From the IMG/VR virus record IMGVR_UViG_3300011115_000708, positions 17,029-81,028 of that record: DNA of 64,000 nucleotides; one strand, 5' to 3'. The position numbers were made by a program, and so were the translations under genes. Positions 21,690-29,400 of this stretch are shown piece after piece; position 1 is the first letter of the stretch, and each line of letters opens with the position of its first letter. The notes beneath the pieces were generated by a model. That model worked only from the letters and a program-made list of their open reading frames with translations, did not search any database and was not told the origin of the DNA. This DNA comes from a virus.

Positions 21690-22052
21690 ATGAACAATCC
21701 ACCAATGACCGAACCCGAAGCGAGAACCGTGGCACTCCTTCGGATGCACTTTGGCTGCACTTTCGGAAAACTCGCTATGTGCTGCCAAGCATTATGGGAT
21801 GCTAACCGCTGTGAGGAAATTACTGGATACCGATATGGCTCCCCAATGGGGCAAGCTATGGTAATCGCAATGGAAGATCACTTCCAGCTAGAACGCTGCG
21901 AGTCTGACAACATGAGCATGGGCGAGCAACGATGCGCAACTTGCGGACTGTCTCAGGTGGCAATTAGCCGATCGCACGATACGCCCAAGCAATGCGGGTT
22001 CTGCGGAGAGTTTGCTTCGATGTGGAATTCTATCAATCCGAACGAACCATGA
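21690..22052 (+). CDS. Hypothetical Zn-ribbon protein
   Basis: CATC...CGFC. Confidence 0.6.
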   Translation: MNNPPMTEPEARTVALLRMHFGCTFGKLAMCCQALWDANRCEEITGYRYGSPMGQAMVIAMEDHFQLERCESDNMSMGEQRCATCGLSQVAISRSHDTPKQCGFCGEFASMWNSINPNEP

Positions 22053-22375
22053 ACATTATCCTAAATAAAGAACAGGAAGACAGCATTGTTATAAGCTATC
22101 AAGAAGCTATTACTGCTGCAATTAAAGCTGCAGTAGATAAAGAACTTAGCTCAATTAGGAATGATTGGAAAATTCATGATCAAGTTCAACAATTTGTGCG
22201 AAAACAGTTTGGAGAAATGTTGAACTCAATTATTGCTGAAAAGCTAATAGAACGAGAGTTAGTTGAAGAACTGGTTAAAGAAAAACTAGCATCCTCAATT
22301 AAAAGTCGTCTTACCAAACAACTAAATGCTTTGTCAAAAGCAGAAATAGCAATTGAACACGAAGGAGATTTATGA
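22049..22375 (+). CDS. Hypothetical protein
   Basis: ATGA-coupled; AT-rich. Confidence 0.6.
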   Translation: MNIILNKEQEDSIVISYQEAITAAIKAAVDKELSSIRNDWKIHDQVQQFVRKQFGEMLNSIIAEKLIERELVEELVKEKLASSIKSRLTKQLNALSKAEIAIEHEGDL

Positions 22376-22638
22376 ATAAAGAAAACGCACATTTATACCT
22401 ACCGCTTGTGCAAGCACTGGCAGAAGGGAAAACGATTCAATTCAATCAAGGCGACGCATGGATAGACGCTGCAACTAATGCTGATTTCAAGTGGTTGGAC
22501 AGTCCTGACAATTACCGCGTGAAGCCAGAACCGCGCACATGGAGTTTCTGGTTAGATAAAAAAGGAAATTTGTGGCATTACCACATAACTCCACTTGCTG
22601 ATTGGAAACGCATCACCGTGCAGGAGGTGCTGGAATGA
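22372..22638 (+). CDS. Hypothetical phage protein
   Basis: LPLVQALAEGKTIQ...YRVKPEPR motif common in phages. Confidence 0.7.
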   Translation: MNKENAHLYLPLVQALAEGKTIQFNQGDAWIDAATNADFKWLDSPDNYRVKPEPRTWSFWLDKKGNLWHYHITPLADWKRITVQEVLE

Positions 22639-22835
22639 GCGACACGCCAGAAACAGATGCGGCAGAAATCGTTCTTTCTCCATTAGAAGGCGATCAGTGG
22701 GTTCGAGCTGACGTTGCCCGTAGGCTAGAACGCGAGCGTAATATAGCTTTTGCTGACATCAATTTGCTTTGCGACAAAGTATTGGAATTGAATACACTGC
22801 TGCAAGCACATGGAATTATCGAACACGAAAACTAA
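22635..22835 (+). CDS. Hypothetical protein, MSDTPETD family
   Basis: MSDTPETD...ARRLERERN. Confidence 0.65.
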   Translation: MSDTPETDAAEIVLSPLEGDQWVRADVARRLERERNIAFADINLLCDKVLELNTLLQAHGIIEHEN

Positions 22836-22836
22836 A

Positions 22837-23187
22837 ATGACTGACAAACAAATAAACCAACGGATCGCGGAAGCGTGTGGGTGGAAATTGAAATCAAATG
22901 GATTAAATCCCATGTGGTCTTGGCAAAATGAATCTCTAACTCACAGAATAAAGTGGGTAGCTAACAAAGAAATGGCTTCTCAAGGAGTATTGCCAAACTA
23001 TGTAAACGACCTAAACGCCATGCACGAAGTTCAGAAGGTGCTAACAAATACTCAATGGGGAGTTTATGTTAATTACCTAACTGCTACCACAAAACATGAT
23101 TACAGACGAGCGTGTGCTGAGGCATCCGCTCGCCAACGAGCAGAAGCCTTCCTAAGGACACTTGGAAGATGGGAGGAGGAAGTATGA
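22837..23187 (+). CDS. Phage protein (ABA-sandwich-like)
   Basis: INQRIAEACGW...PNY.NDLNAMHE...ARQRAEAFL; the repeat ends inside this gene. Confidence 0.6.
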   Translation: MTDKQINQRIAEACGWKLKSNGLNPMWSWQNESLTHRIKWVANKEMASQGVLPNYVNDLNAMHEVQKVLTNTQWGVYVNYLTATTKHDYRRACAEASARQRAEAFLRTLGRWEEEV

Positions 23188-23266
23188 ATGCGAAACATCA
23201 CGCTTTCAGGAGAATCAATACTTTCAGCATTTGCTGAAATCGACAAAACTTACCAAACACAAAACG

Positions 23267-23518
23267 ATGGAAATTGAACTACAAATCTGGAAATCAAAAG
23301 CAGAAGGTTATTTGCAAGACTACCTCGATGCTCTGAAGCGCATGGATAAGATCTCAGCCGATCGCGACCTCTGGAAAGCTGAAGCGACTCGCTGGCGCGA
23401 TATGTATCTCCAGTACGACGAAATGCTGGAGGGACAAGTGCAAGAATCAGTGAACAAGATCAACAAGATCTGGGAAGATCTCAATGAGCTCAAAAAGAAA
23501 GTCGAGGACGAACTGTGA
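23267..23518 (+). CDS. Coiled-coil hypothetical protein
   Basis: WKSKAE...DRD; homologous to 58779-59093. Confidence 0.55.
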   Translation: MEIELQIWKSKAEGYLQDYLDALKRMDKISADRDLWKAEATRWRDMYLQYDEMLEGQVQESVNKINKIWEDLNELKKKVEDEL

Positions 23519-24096
23519 GAATAAACCCAATACACGCGCAGCGTGACCTAGATAAAGTCAAGATGCAGTGGTGTAGGACTTGCAAGACTGATAAGCCTAC
23601 ATCGGCATTCTATAAGTGCCATCGCACCAAGTGCATGGACTGCAAGCGTGAGGAGAAACGACTGAAGCTACGCAACACAGTCAAAGACTTCTGTCACTCA
23701 TGCAGCACATGGAAACCAGAGACATCGTTCGGAGTAAATACCCGAGGTGATGAGCGACTGAAGACCTGCAAGTCATGCACAAAGGCAAAGGATGATCGGA
23801 TGCCAGCAAGCATTAGAGAGATCCAGATTAAGCCACTGCCGGTCATCTCTAAGGAGAATCGATGGCATCTGCACCAAGGTACTGTGACGCTCTTCATCGT
23901 AGGCCCAGGAGAGTTCGCCATGCACAAGTGTTCCGAGCCAGTTTACCGAGGAAAAATTGGCACTCCCGAGGAGCGGGAGATTGCCAAGACCGCGATTGCC
24001 ATGCTCAATGCCGACATCCAGAATAATCTTGACGCTGGGCCGGAAGCAATTCAAGAAACACTCATCAAGGCGAAAGCCAAACATCAAACAAAATGA
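23515..24096 (+). CDS. Multi-CxxC zinc-binding protein
   Basis: Four CxxC pairs; clear homologue of 59277-59933. Confidence 0.7.
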   Translation: MRINPIHAQRDLDKVKMQWCRTCKTDKPTSAFYKCHRTKCMDCKREEKRLKLRNTVKDFCHSCSTWKPETSFGVNTRGDERLKTCKSCTKAKDDRMPASIREIQIKPLPVISKENRWHLHQGTVTLFIVGPGEFAMHKCSEPVYRGKIGTPEEREIAKTAIAMLNADIQNNLDAGPEAIQETLIKAKAKHQTK

Positions 24097-25094
24097 CATG
24101 GATACTACCAAAGCAGTTACACACGTTAGCCTCTGTGCAGGGTACGGAGGCATTGATCTCGGACTCAACAGAGCAATCCCAAATTTACTCACAGTTGCTT
24201 TTAGTGAGATCGAAGCATTCGCCTGTGCAAACTTGGTCTCGAAAATGGAAGCGGGACTCATGGACTGCGCTCCTGTGTGGACGGATCTTAAAAACTTCCC
24301 ATACGAGCAATTTCACGGACGAGTGGACATCCTTTCTGGGGGTTACCCATGTCAGCCATTCTCAGCAGCAGGGAAGCGAGCGGGAGCAGACGACCCAAGA
24401 CACCTCTGGCCTTTTATCGCAGAAGGAATTCGACTTATGCGACCCAAGATGTGCTTCTTCGAGAATGTCGAAGGACACATTACGTTGGGACTCTCCAGCG
24501 TCATCAGCGACTTGGAAGAACTGGGTTACAAGGTGTCGTGGGGAGTATTCAGCGCGGCTGAATGCGGTGCGCCACACCAACGGAAGCGTGTCTTCATCTT
24601 GGCCTACTGCCAGCAGCAGGGATTGGAAGGATTCAGCGGGCATGGCAACCTCGTCAATCAACAAGGATGGATCGGACAGGAACCGGATCGATCAACTGCC
24701 AAGGGCAGTATTTCACGATCATGGGAGGTCGTTAGTTGGGCAGCCGACTGCAATGAGGATGACGAATGCTCAATCTGCGGACTTGAATACGCAGAAGAAT
24801 GCCAATGCTTTGGCCCAACGCAAGACGGCATTGAGTATGAAGAATTCGATGGGGTCTTGTATGGGCGACCAGAACAATTCTGGCCGAGCAGACCAACTCA
24901 GCCACAATTTCCAGGAGAACCACCAAGAGTCAATCAAGCTCAATCCACGTTGGGTAGAGACATTGATGGGACTTCCAGTAGGATGGACACTCCCGAGTTG
25001 TACACAACCTGTGACAATCGAACCGACGAGTTACGATTGCTTGGCAACGGAGTCGTGCCAGCAGTTACCGAGCGAGCATTTAGAACTCTTTTAA
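24093..25094 (+). CDS. Alternative-frame methyltransferase partner (beta chain) carrying motif IX
   Basis: 333-codon stop-free overlap; WPTASSRDWKD, DQLPRAV, LNPRWVETLMGLPVGWT; ATG overlaps the upstream stop. Confidence 0.7.
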   Translation: MTWILPKQLHTLASVQGTEALISDSTEQSQIYSQLLLVRSKHSPVQTWSRKWKRDSWTALLCGRILKTSHTSNFTDEWTSFLGVTHVSHSQQQGSEREQTTQDTSGLLSQKEFDLCDPRCASSRMSKDTLRWDSPASSATWKNWVTRCRGEYSARLNAVRHTNGSVSSSWPTASSRDWKDSAGMATSSINKDGSDRNRIDQLPRAVFHDHGRSLVGQPTAMRMTNAQSADLNTQKNANALAQRKTALSMKNSMGSCMGDQNNSGRADQLSHNFQENHQESIKLNPRWVETLMGLPVGWTLPSCTQPVTIEPTSYDCLATESCQQLPSEHLELF

Positions 25095-25114
25095 CTGAAC
25101 TACTCAATGACTGA
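24098..25114 (+). CDS. C5 cytosine DNA methyltransferase, catalytic (alpha) chain lacking motif IX
   Basis: Motif I LCAGYGG, IV GYPCQPFS, VI ENV, VIII QRKRVF, X LLGNGVVP. Confidence 0.9.
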   Translation: MDTTKAVTHVSLCAGYGGIDLGLNRAIPNLLTVAFSEIEAFACANLVSKMEAGLMDCAPVWTDLKNFPYEQFHGRVDILSGGYPCQPFSAAGKRAGADDPRHLWPFIAEGIRLMRPKMCFFENVEGHITLGLSSVISDLEELGYKVSWGVFSAAECGAPHQRKRVFILAYCQQQGLEGFSGHGNLVNQQGWIGQEPDRSTAKGSISRSWEVVSWAADCNEDDECSICGLEYAEECQCFGPTQDGIEYEEFDGVLYGRPEQFWPSRPTQPQFPGEPPRVNQAQSTLGRDIDGTSSRMDTPELYTTCDNRTDELRLLGNGVVPAVTERAFRTLLTELLND

Positions 25115-25388
25115 ATCACAACTAGAAAAGAAGGTCTGTGCATGGGCCAAGGACTGTGGCATCTCGACGCTAAAGCTCTCTGGGCCAAATGACCGAGGAA
25201 AAGCAGACCGGATGTTCATGAAGCATGGTAAGATCATGTTCTTGGAGTTCAAAGCAGCAGGTAAGAAACCAACTGCACTTCAGCAACGATTCCTCAAGCA
25301 ACGCGTGGACGATGGGTTCGTCGCTGGATGGACTGACGACTATGTTGAGGCAATCGACATCCTCTGCAAATTCTTCCTGTATGAGTGA
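25107..25388 (+). CDS. VRR-NUC nuclease
   Basis: ESQLE...GKADR...FLEFK..GKKPTALQ. Confidence 0.85.
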   Translation: MTESQLEKKVCAWAKDCGISTLKLSGPNDRGKADRMFMKHGKIMFLEFKAAGKKPTALQQRFLKQRVDDGFVAGWTDDYVEAIDILCKFFLYE

Positions 25389-26730
25389 AGATTTCAAACC
25401 ATTCCCATACCAACCTGCGATGGTCGATTGGTGTGTCGATAATTCATCCTCGGCATTGTTCGTATCTCCAGGCAAGGGCAAGACAGTCTGCACACTCGCG
25501 GCGATCGACCGATTGATGCGGTCTGGCGAAAGCCGAGGTGCGCTCATCATCGCCCCGCTGCGCGTCTGCTCGATTACTTGGCCAAACCAAGTCGAGCGTT
25601 GGAACCACTCAAAACGGTTCCGCGTTGCCCACCTGCGGACGAAAGAAGGGATGCAAGCATGGCAAGATGGGTCTGCTGATATCTACCTCATCAACTCCGA
25701 GCAACTGATCGCCAAAGCACCGATCCTGTTCAAGGGCAAGGTGCTGCCAGTAGACACTTTGGTCATCGACGAGTTAAGCCTCGCCAAGAACCCAACTAGC
25801 AAGCGGTTCAAGACGCTGCGGAAGTACCTGCCGATGTTCAAGCAGAGAATCGGGTTGACCGGCACTCCTGTGCCGAACAATTATCTCGACCTGTACGGAC
25901 AGATCCGTCTGCTCGATGACGGCAAGCGACTCGGAAAGTCATTTTCTGAGTACAAGAGTAAGTTCTTTTACCCTGCGGACTATATGGGCTATACCTTCAA
26001 ACTTAGCCCAGGAGCGAAGGAGGAGATCGATGCGCTCCTCAGCGACCTCTGCTTGGTCATCATTGGCGACGAGAGCGACCTTCCAGCATCCTCGGTGGTC
26101 GATGTGCCAGTAACCCTCCCAACAGACGCTAGGAAGGCGTACAGGACGCTTGAGAAGGAGTTGTTGATCGAGATCAAGGACAAGGAGGTTGTCGCCCTCA
26201 CAGCAGCAACCTTGTGCAACAAACTGCTCCAGATCACCGGAGGCGCGGTCTACGACGACGAGAAATCGGTCGTGCCTATCCACACTGCCAAGATCGAGGT
26301 ACTGCGGAAGATCCGCAAGCAGCACAAGGACGAGCCGATCCTCGTCTTGACTGCGTTCAAGCATGAGTCTGCTCGGATCTTGGCTGAGATCGAAGGAGCC
26401 GAGATGTTCGATGAACGCCGGTTGCAGGACTGGCAGGATGGCAAGATCAAGACATGGGTGGCAGACCCTCGTAGTTTGTCACATGGGATCGATGGACTCC
26501 AGAAGTCCGGAAGGATAGCAGTCTGGTTTACGCTGACGTACTCCAACGAGACGTACATCCAGACCAATGCTCGATTGATCCGTACTGGTCAGTCTGCTGA
26601 GACGCTGATCTACCGGCTAACCGCGACCAACACGATCGACGATGCAGTAGCCGAGGCACTGCGGGAGAAGACCAACACGCAGAGCGGTCTGATGAGTGCG
26701 CTCAAGGCACTCCAGACGATGCAGGGATAA
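25381..26730 (+). CDS. SNF2-family helicase
   Basis: PGKGKT, IDELS, LTGTP, HGIDGLQ, QTNARLIRTGQ; ATG at 25381. Confidence 0.9.
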   Translation: MSEDFKPFPYQPAMVDWCVDNSSSALFVSPGKGKTVCTLAAIDRLMRSGESRGALIIAPLRVCSITWPNQVERWNHSKRFRVAHLRTKEGMQAWQDGSADIYLINSEQLIAKAPILFKGKVLPVDTLVIDELSLAKNPTSKRFKTLRKYLPMFKQRIGLTGTPVPNNYLDLYGQIRLLDDGKRLGKSFSEYKSKFFYPADYMGYTFKLSPGAKEEIDALLSDLCLVIIGDESDLPASSVVDVPVTLPTDARKAYRTLEKELLIEIKDKEVVALTAATLCNKLLQITGGAVYDDEKSVVPIHTAKIEVLRKIRKQHKDEPILVLTAFKHESARILAEIEGAEMFDERRLQDWQDGKIKTWVADPRSLSHGIDGLQKSGRIAVWFTLTYSNETYIQTNARLIRTGQSAETLIYRLTATNTIDDAVAEALREKTNTQSGLMSALKALQTMQG

Positions 26731-26790
26731 AAGGCTGAGATCGCCCTAAGACGATCTCGAAAGCTCATTTCACACATGGTGGATGAGCAG

Positions 26791-26838
26791 AAAAAATGCA
26801 GGGGCAGTCACCTATCACCCGATAGAACCACCCCTGCA
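26791..26838 (-). terminator. Intrinsic terminator at the convergent junction
   Basis: TGCAGGGG/CCCCTGCA stem followed by T6 on the minus strand. Confidence 0.6.
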
Positions 26839-26913
26839 CCCATGAACATGAAACAAGAAACAGAAACGCTAGTCTCCAAAACGGAAGATACTCGGATCTA
26901 GCCTCTTGTCAAC

Positions 26914-27387
26914 TTAAACAGTAAAGCGGATCACCGAGCGGATCTTGCTCGCATCCCTGCGCTTCCTGTAGACTCCATCTCCCTCTCTATCACCACCAGA
27001 GTTAGTGTTGCCTTCCACGGTCTGAACCATGCCGTTCTTGTCGATGTCGGCAACGCAAATTCCTATGTGCGAGAAGGTAAATACGACGATGTCTCCTCTG
27101 CGGATGTCGTTCTTGTGGGGCTTATGCAACTTGACCGAATCATCGACCGATAAGCACCATTTCTCGAAATCCCATGCTCCAGCAGTCTCTGGGCGCGGGA
27201 ACGTGTATTTCTCGCCACCGAGAGAATGCTCTACGCACCAGCATACGAATGCGGCACACCATGCCCAAGGCCCAGAAGGCAACCATGTCGAGCGTTGGTA
27301 TTCCTCGATCTTGGCCCCGCCATTGGTTTTCGTCTCACGCACACCCACCTGCGATTCCGCGGTCTTCGCTAGTTGTTCAGCAATCAT
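26914..27387 (-). CDS. CHAP-domain endolysin
   Basis: WCAAFV, GDIVVF, HIG, EGNT. Confidence 0.85.
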   Translation of the reverse strand: MIAEQLAKTAESQVGVRETKTNGGAKIEEYQRSTWLPSGPWAWCAAFVCWCVEHSLGGEKYTFPRPETAGAWDFEKWCLSVDDSVKLHKPHKNDIRRGDIVVFTFSHIGICVADIDKNGMVQTVEGNTNSGGDREGDGVYRKRRDASKIRSVIRFTV

Positions 27388-27614
27388 GCCTTTCGGTAAA
27401 GGTTGGCAAGACTACCGTCAATCGAAATTTTCCGTTTAGTGAGCATTCCCTGCGCGACAAGACGAGCAAGTTGCTGCTGTGCCGTATGTCTGTTAATCCG
27501 AGTTTTGACGATGTACTCAGCAAGTGTGAACTCATCATCCATCCTGTCATGGCTGATGTGCTGAGAGATTGCAAACTCAAGGCTGGATAATGCTTTTTGC
27601 GTTTTAGTTTTCAT
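27384..27614 (-). CDS. Small winged-HTH-like protein
   Basis: FTLAEY...TAQQQLARLVAQGML. Confidence 0.5.
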   Translation of the reverse strand: MKTKTQKALSSLEFAISQHISHDRMDDEFTLAEYIVKTRINRHTAQQQLARLVAQGMLTKRKISIDGSLANLYRKA

Positions 27615-27705
27615 ATGTCAATGTTTTGGCGATTTGTTTACACGTCTGTAATAACGTATAAAGAATTGGACGAAAAGTGGGTGTATTCGGGTATTGTATC
27701 ACACG

Positions 27706-28437
27706 TTACAGAACTCCCATCGGAGAGATCCATTGTCCACCCTCATTGATGACGTGCCAGGCGTTCCACTGTCCGGTCTTGCTGTTGATCATTCCGTACA
27801 ACCATCCTTGTCGCCACGCGAGTTTGGCAGGAGTTCGATCTGCATAGGTCATCAAGTCGATGTCAGCAAGGCATCCTACCGAGTATGATGCTTGACCGTC
27901 AATGTGTCTGGCAATATATGTATCTGGACGGTGACAATGACCGCAAATGTTCGGCCCCCAATTATCATGGTGTGATCGAGAAGGAGATACCGTAGCGCGG
28001 AACCCATGAATGAGTTTCGGGCCGCCCTCGGGCATCTGGAGATACTTGGAGACGTGGTACGGAACCCACTTGATCTTGAGCTTGCGGAACTCTTGCTCTG
28101 CTGCCTCCGCGAGGTTAGCGCAATGCTCACGCAAGATGCCGTCGGAACAATGAGTAGAGTGCAGCCATATCCTGTCATCATGATTTCCCAAAGTAAGGAA
28201 TCCTGGCCGATACTCGGACAAGAACTGCATACCTGCATTGAAGTCCTCGGAGATTCCAAGTGCCTTCTCCTCGACCGAGCATCCTCGCCTCAGACTAGGA
28301 GCGTCGATGAAGTCACCGAGGTGAATCCGGTGATGCGGTTTCCATTCGGCAACGAAGTCGAAGAACTTCTTCTTTGCGCTCTCGCACACTAGGTTTCCAT
28401 GCGAGTCACCGCAGACAACGAATTTTTTCCAACTCAT
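27706..28437 (-). CDS. Calcineurin-like metallophosphoesterase
   Basis: DSHG, GD, GNHD, HG, GHCH. Confidence 0.85.
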   Translation of the reverse strand: MSWKKFVVCGDSHGNLVCESAKKKFFDFVAEWKPHHRIHLGDFIDAPSLRRGCSVEEKALGISEDFNAGMQFLSEYRPGFLTLGNHDDRIWLHSTHCSDGILREHCANLAEAAEQEFRKLKIKWVPYHVSKYLQMPEGGPKLIHGFRATVSPSRSHHDNWGPNICGHCHRPDTYIARHIDGQASYSVGCLADIDLMTYADRTPAKLAWRQGWLYGMINSKTGQWNAWHVINEGGQWISPMGVL

Positions 28438-28736
28438 GATTTACTGATTTTGTTCATTAACGTATCTAACGCGGGAAAGAAAATGTTCTCGATTGAACGA
28501 ACGATTGGTTCCTCTTCGATCCGTTCAGACCATGAATGCCCTGCTACAGCTAGTGATGCGTGTAGCATCTCATGCCTAATCGTGTCAAGGAGCATCTTGT
28601 CGCTCTTTAGGCACTCGCGGGAGATTCTGATCTCCTTATCGTCGAACGACATCTCACCATAGTCGTCCATCTTCTTGATGACGATACGGAATCGAATCCC
28701 ACCTATACAGATGGATCTTGGTGGCTTGAATGCCAC
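28434..28736 (-). CDS. Small HExxH metalloprotease-like protein
   Basis: YGE...I.I...DTIRHEMLHA. Confidence 0.65.
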   Translation of the reverse strand: MAFKPPRSICIGGIRFRIVIKKMDDYGEMSFDDKEIRISRECLKSDKMLLDTIRHEMLHASLAVAGHSWSERIEEEPIVRSIENIFFPALDTLMNKISKS

Positions 28737-28737
28737 A

Positions 28738-28899
28738 TCAGTCCTTCTTAAAGGCGTTGATCAAGCCAACGAGTGCAGTACCACCGGCAATGATCGCAGC
28801 AGCCTGTGCAGGTTGAAGGATGATGCCGAACGCAGTGGTGATCTGGATAAGTCCGCGCCATGTGGACTCCATTTTCAAGTAATCGATCAAGGTCTTCAT
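28738..28899 (-). CDS. Holin-like membrane protein (53 aa)
   Basis: MKTLIDYLKMESTWRGLIQ...INAFKKD; homologue of 11293-11457; not in ORF track. Confidence 0.75.
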   Translation of the reverse strand: MKTLIDYLKMESTWRGLIQITTAFGIILQPAQAAAIIAGGTALVGLINAFKKD

Positions 28900-29084
28900 T
28901 ATTTTAGGTTCTTACGAATGATTGATGCGGCTGAGAGAACTGAGACAAGGATACCTGCAACAAGAGCAACGGTCTGCAACCAAGGGTTGAGATCGCCTGG
29001 GAGAGTTGCGACAATGCTGGCAAGCGGTGCTGATACACCAACGATTCCTTTGCCGGCGAGTGGCAGATGATCAAATGGATTCAT
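28899..29084 (-). CDS. Small membrane protein (holin-like)
   Basis: Two hydrophobic helices, basic tail; TAATG coupling. Confidence 0.6.
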   Translation of the reverse strand: MNPFDHLPLAGKGIVGVSAPLASIVATLPGDLNPWLQTVALVAGILVSVLSAASIIRKNLK

Positions 29085-29391
29085 CAGCAGGTTGAACGAG
29101 TTCGACAACTGGCGCGACGTACAGCACACTGCCATCCGGTTGCGGTTGGTAGATACTCAGATCAAACGCAGGAGCGGTGTGGTCGAGCTTGGCTACGGTG
29201 AGCGCAGCGTGGAACGCAGAATAAGCGGTGAGTGCAGCAACCGCGTTCTTACCGAACACCTCCAGCACCGCTGGATCAGCAGCGAGCGAATGCAGGTGTT
29301 TGAGTCGAGCTTCAACGAACGAGATCGTGTCGGCAGTTACCTGCTCGATCTCAGCGGCAGCGCGGAAGGCGGGAGTGATTGAGGTGTACAT
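29071..29391 (-). CDS. Hypothetical protein (possible fibre chaperone)
   Basis: Directly follows the tail fibre gene. Confidence 0.5.
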   Translation of the reverse strand: MYTSITPAFRAAAEIEQVTADTISFVEARLKHLHSLAADPAVLEVFGKNAVAALTAYSAFHAALTVAKLDHTAPAFDLSIYQPQPDGSVLYVAPVVELVQPADESI

Positions 29392-29400
29392 GAGTGTTAA

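Larger units (their letters stand above)
21108..23135. repeat. 2,028-bp direct repeat, copy 1
   Basis: Identical to 56617-58644 (offset 35,509); identical ORF translations. Confidence 0.95.

Noticed and set aside
21108-23135. Repeat as the physical terminal repeat of a single phage or as an IS element
   Set aside because: Contains early accessory genes, no transposase or inverted ends, and continues in frame into different genes in both contexts.
23136-23290. Diverged repeat tails as a DGR template/variable pair
   Set aside because: Differences are not adenine-specific, include indels, and no reverse transcriptase is present.
23957-24097. N-terminal extensions in the ORF track (23957, 25225, 42071, 47383, 61948, 63030 starts)
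   Set aside because: They overlap upstream genes or use weak starts; downstream ATGs with coupling or better leaders fit better.
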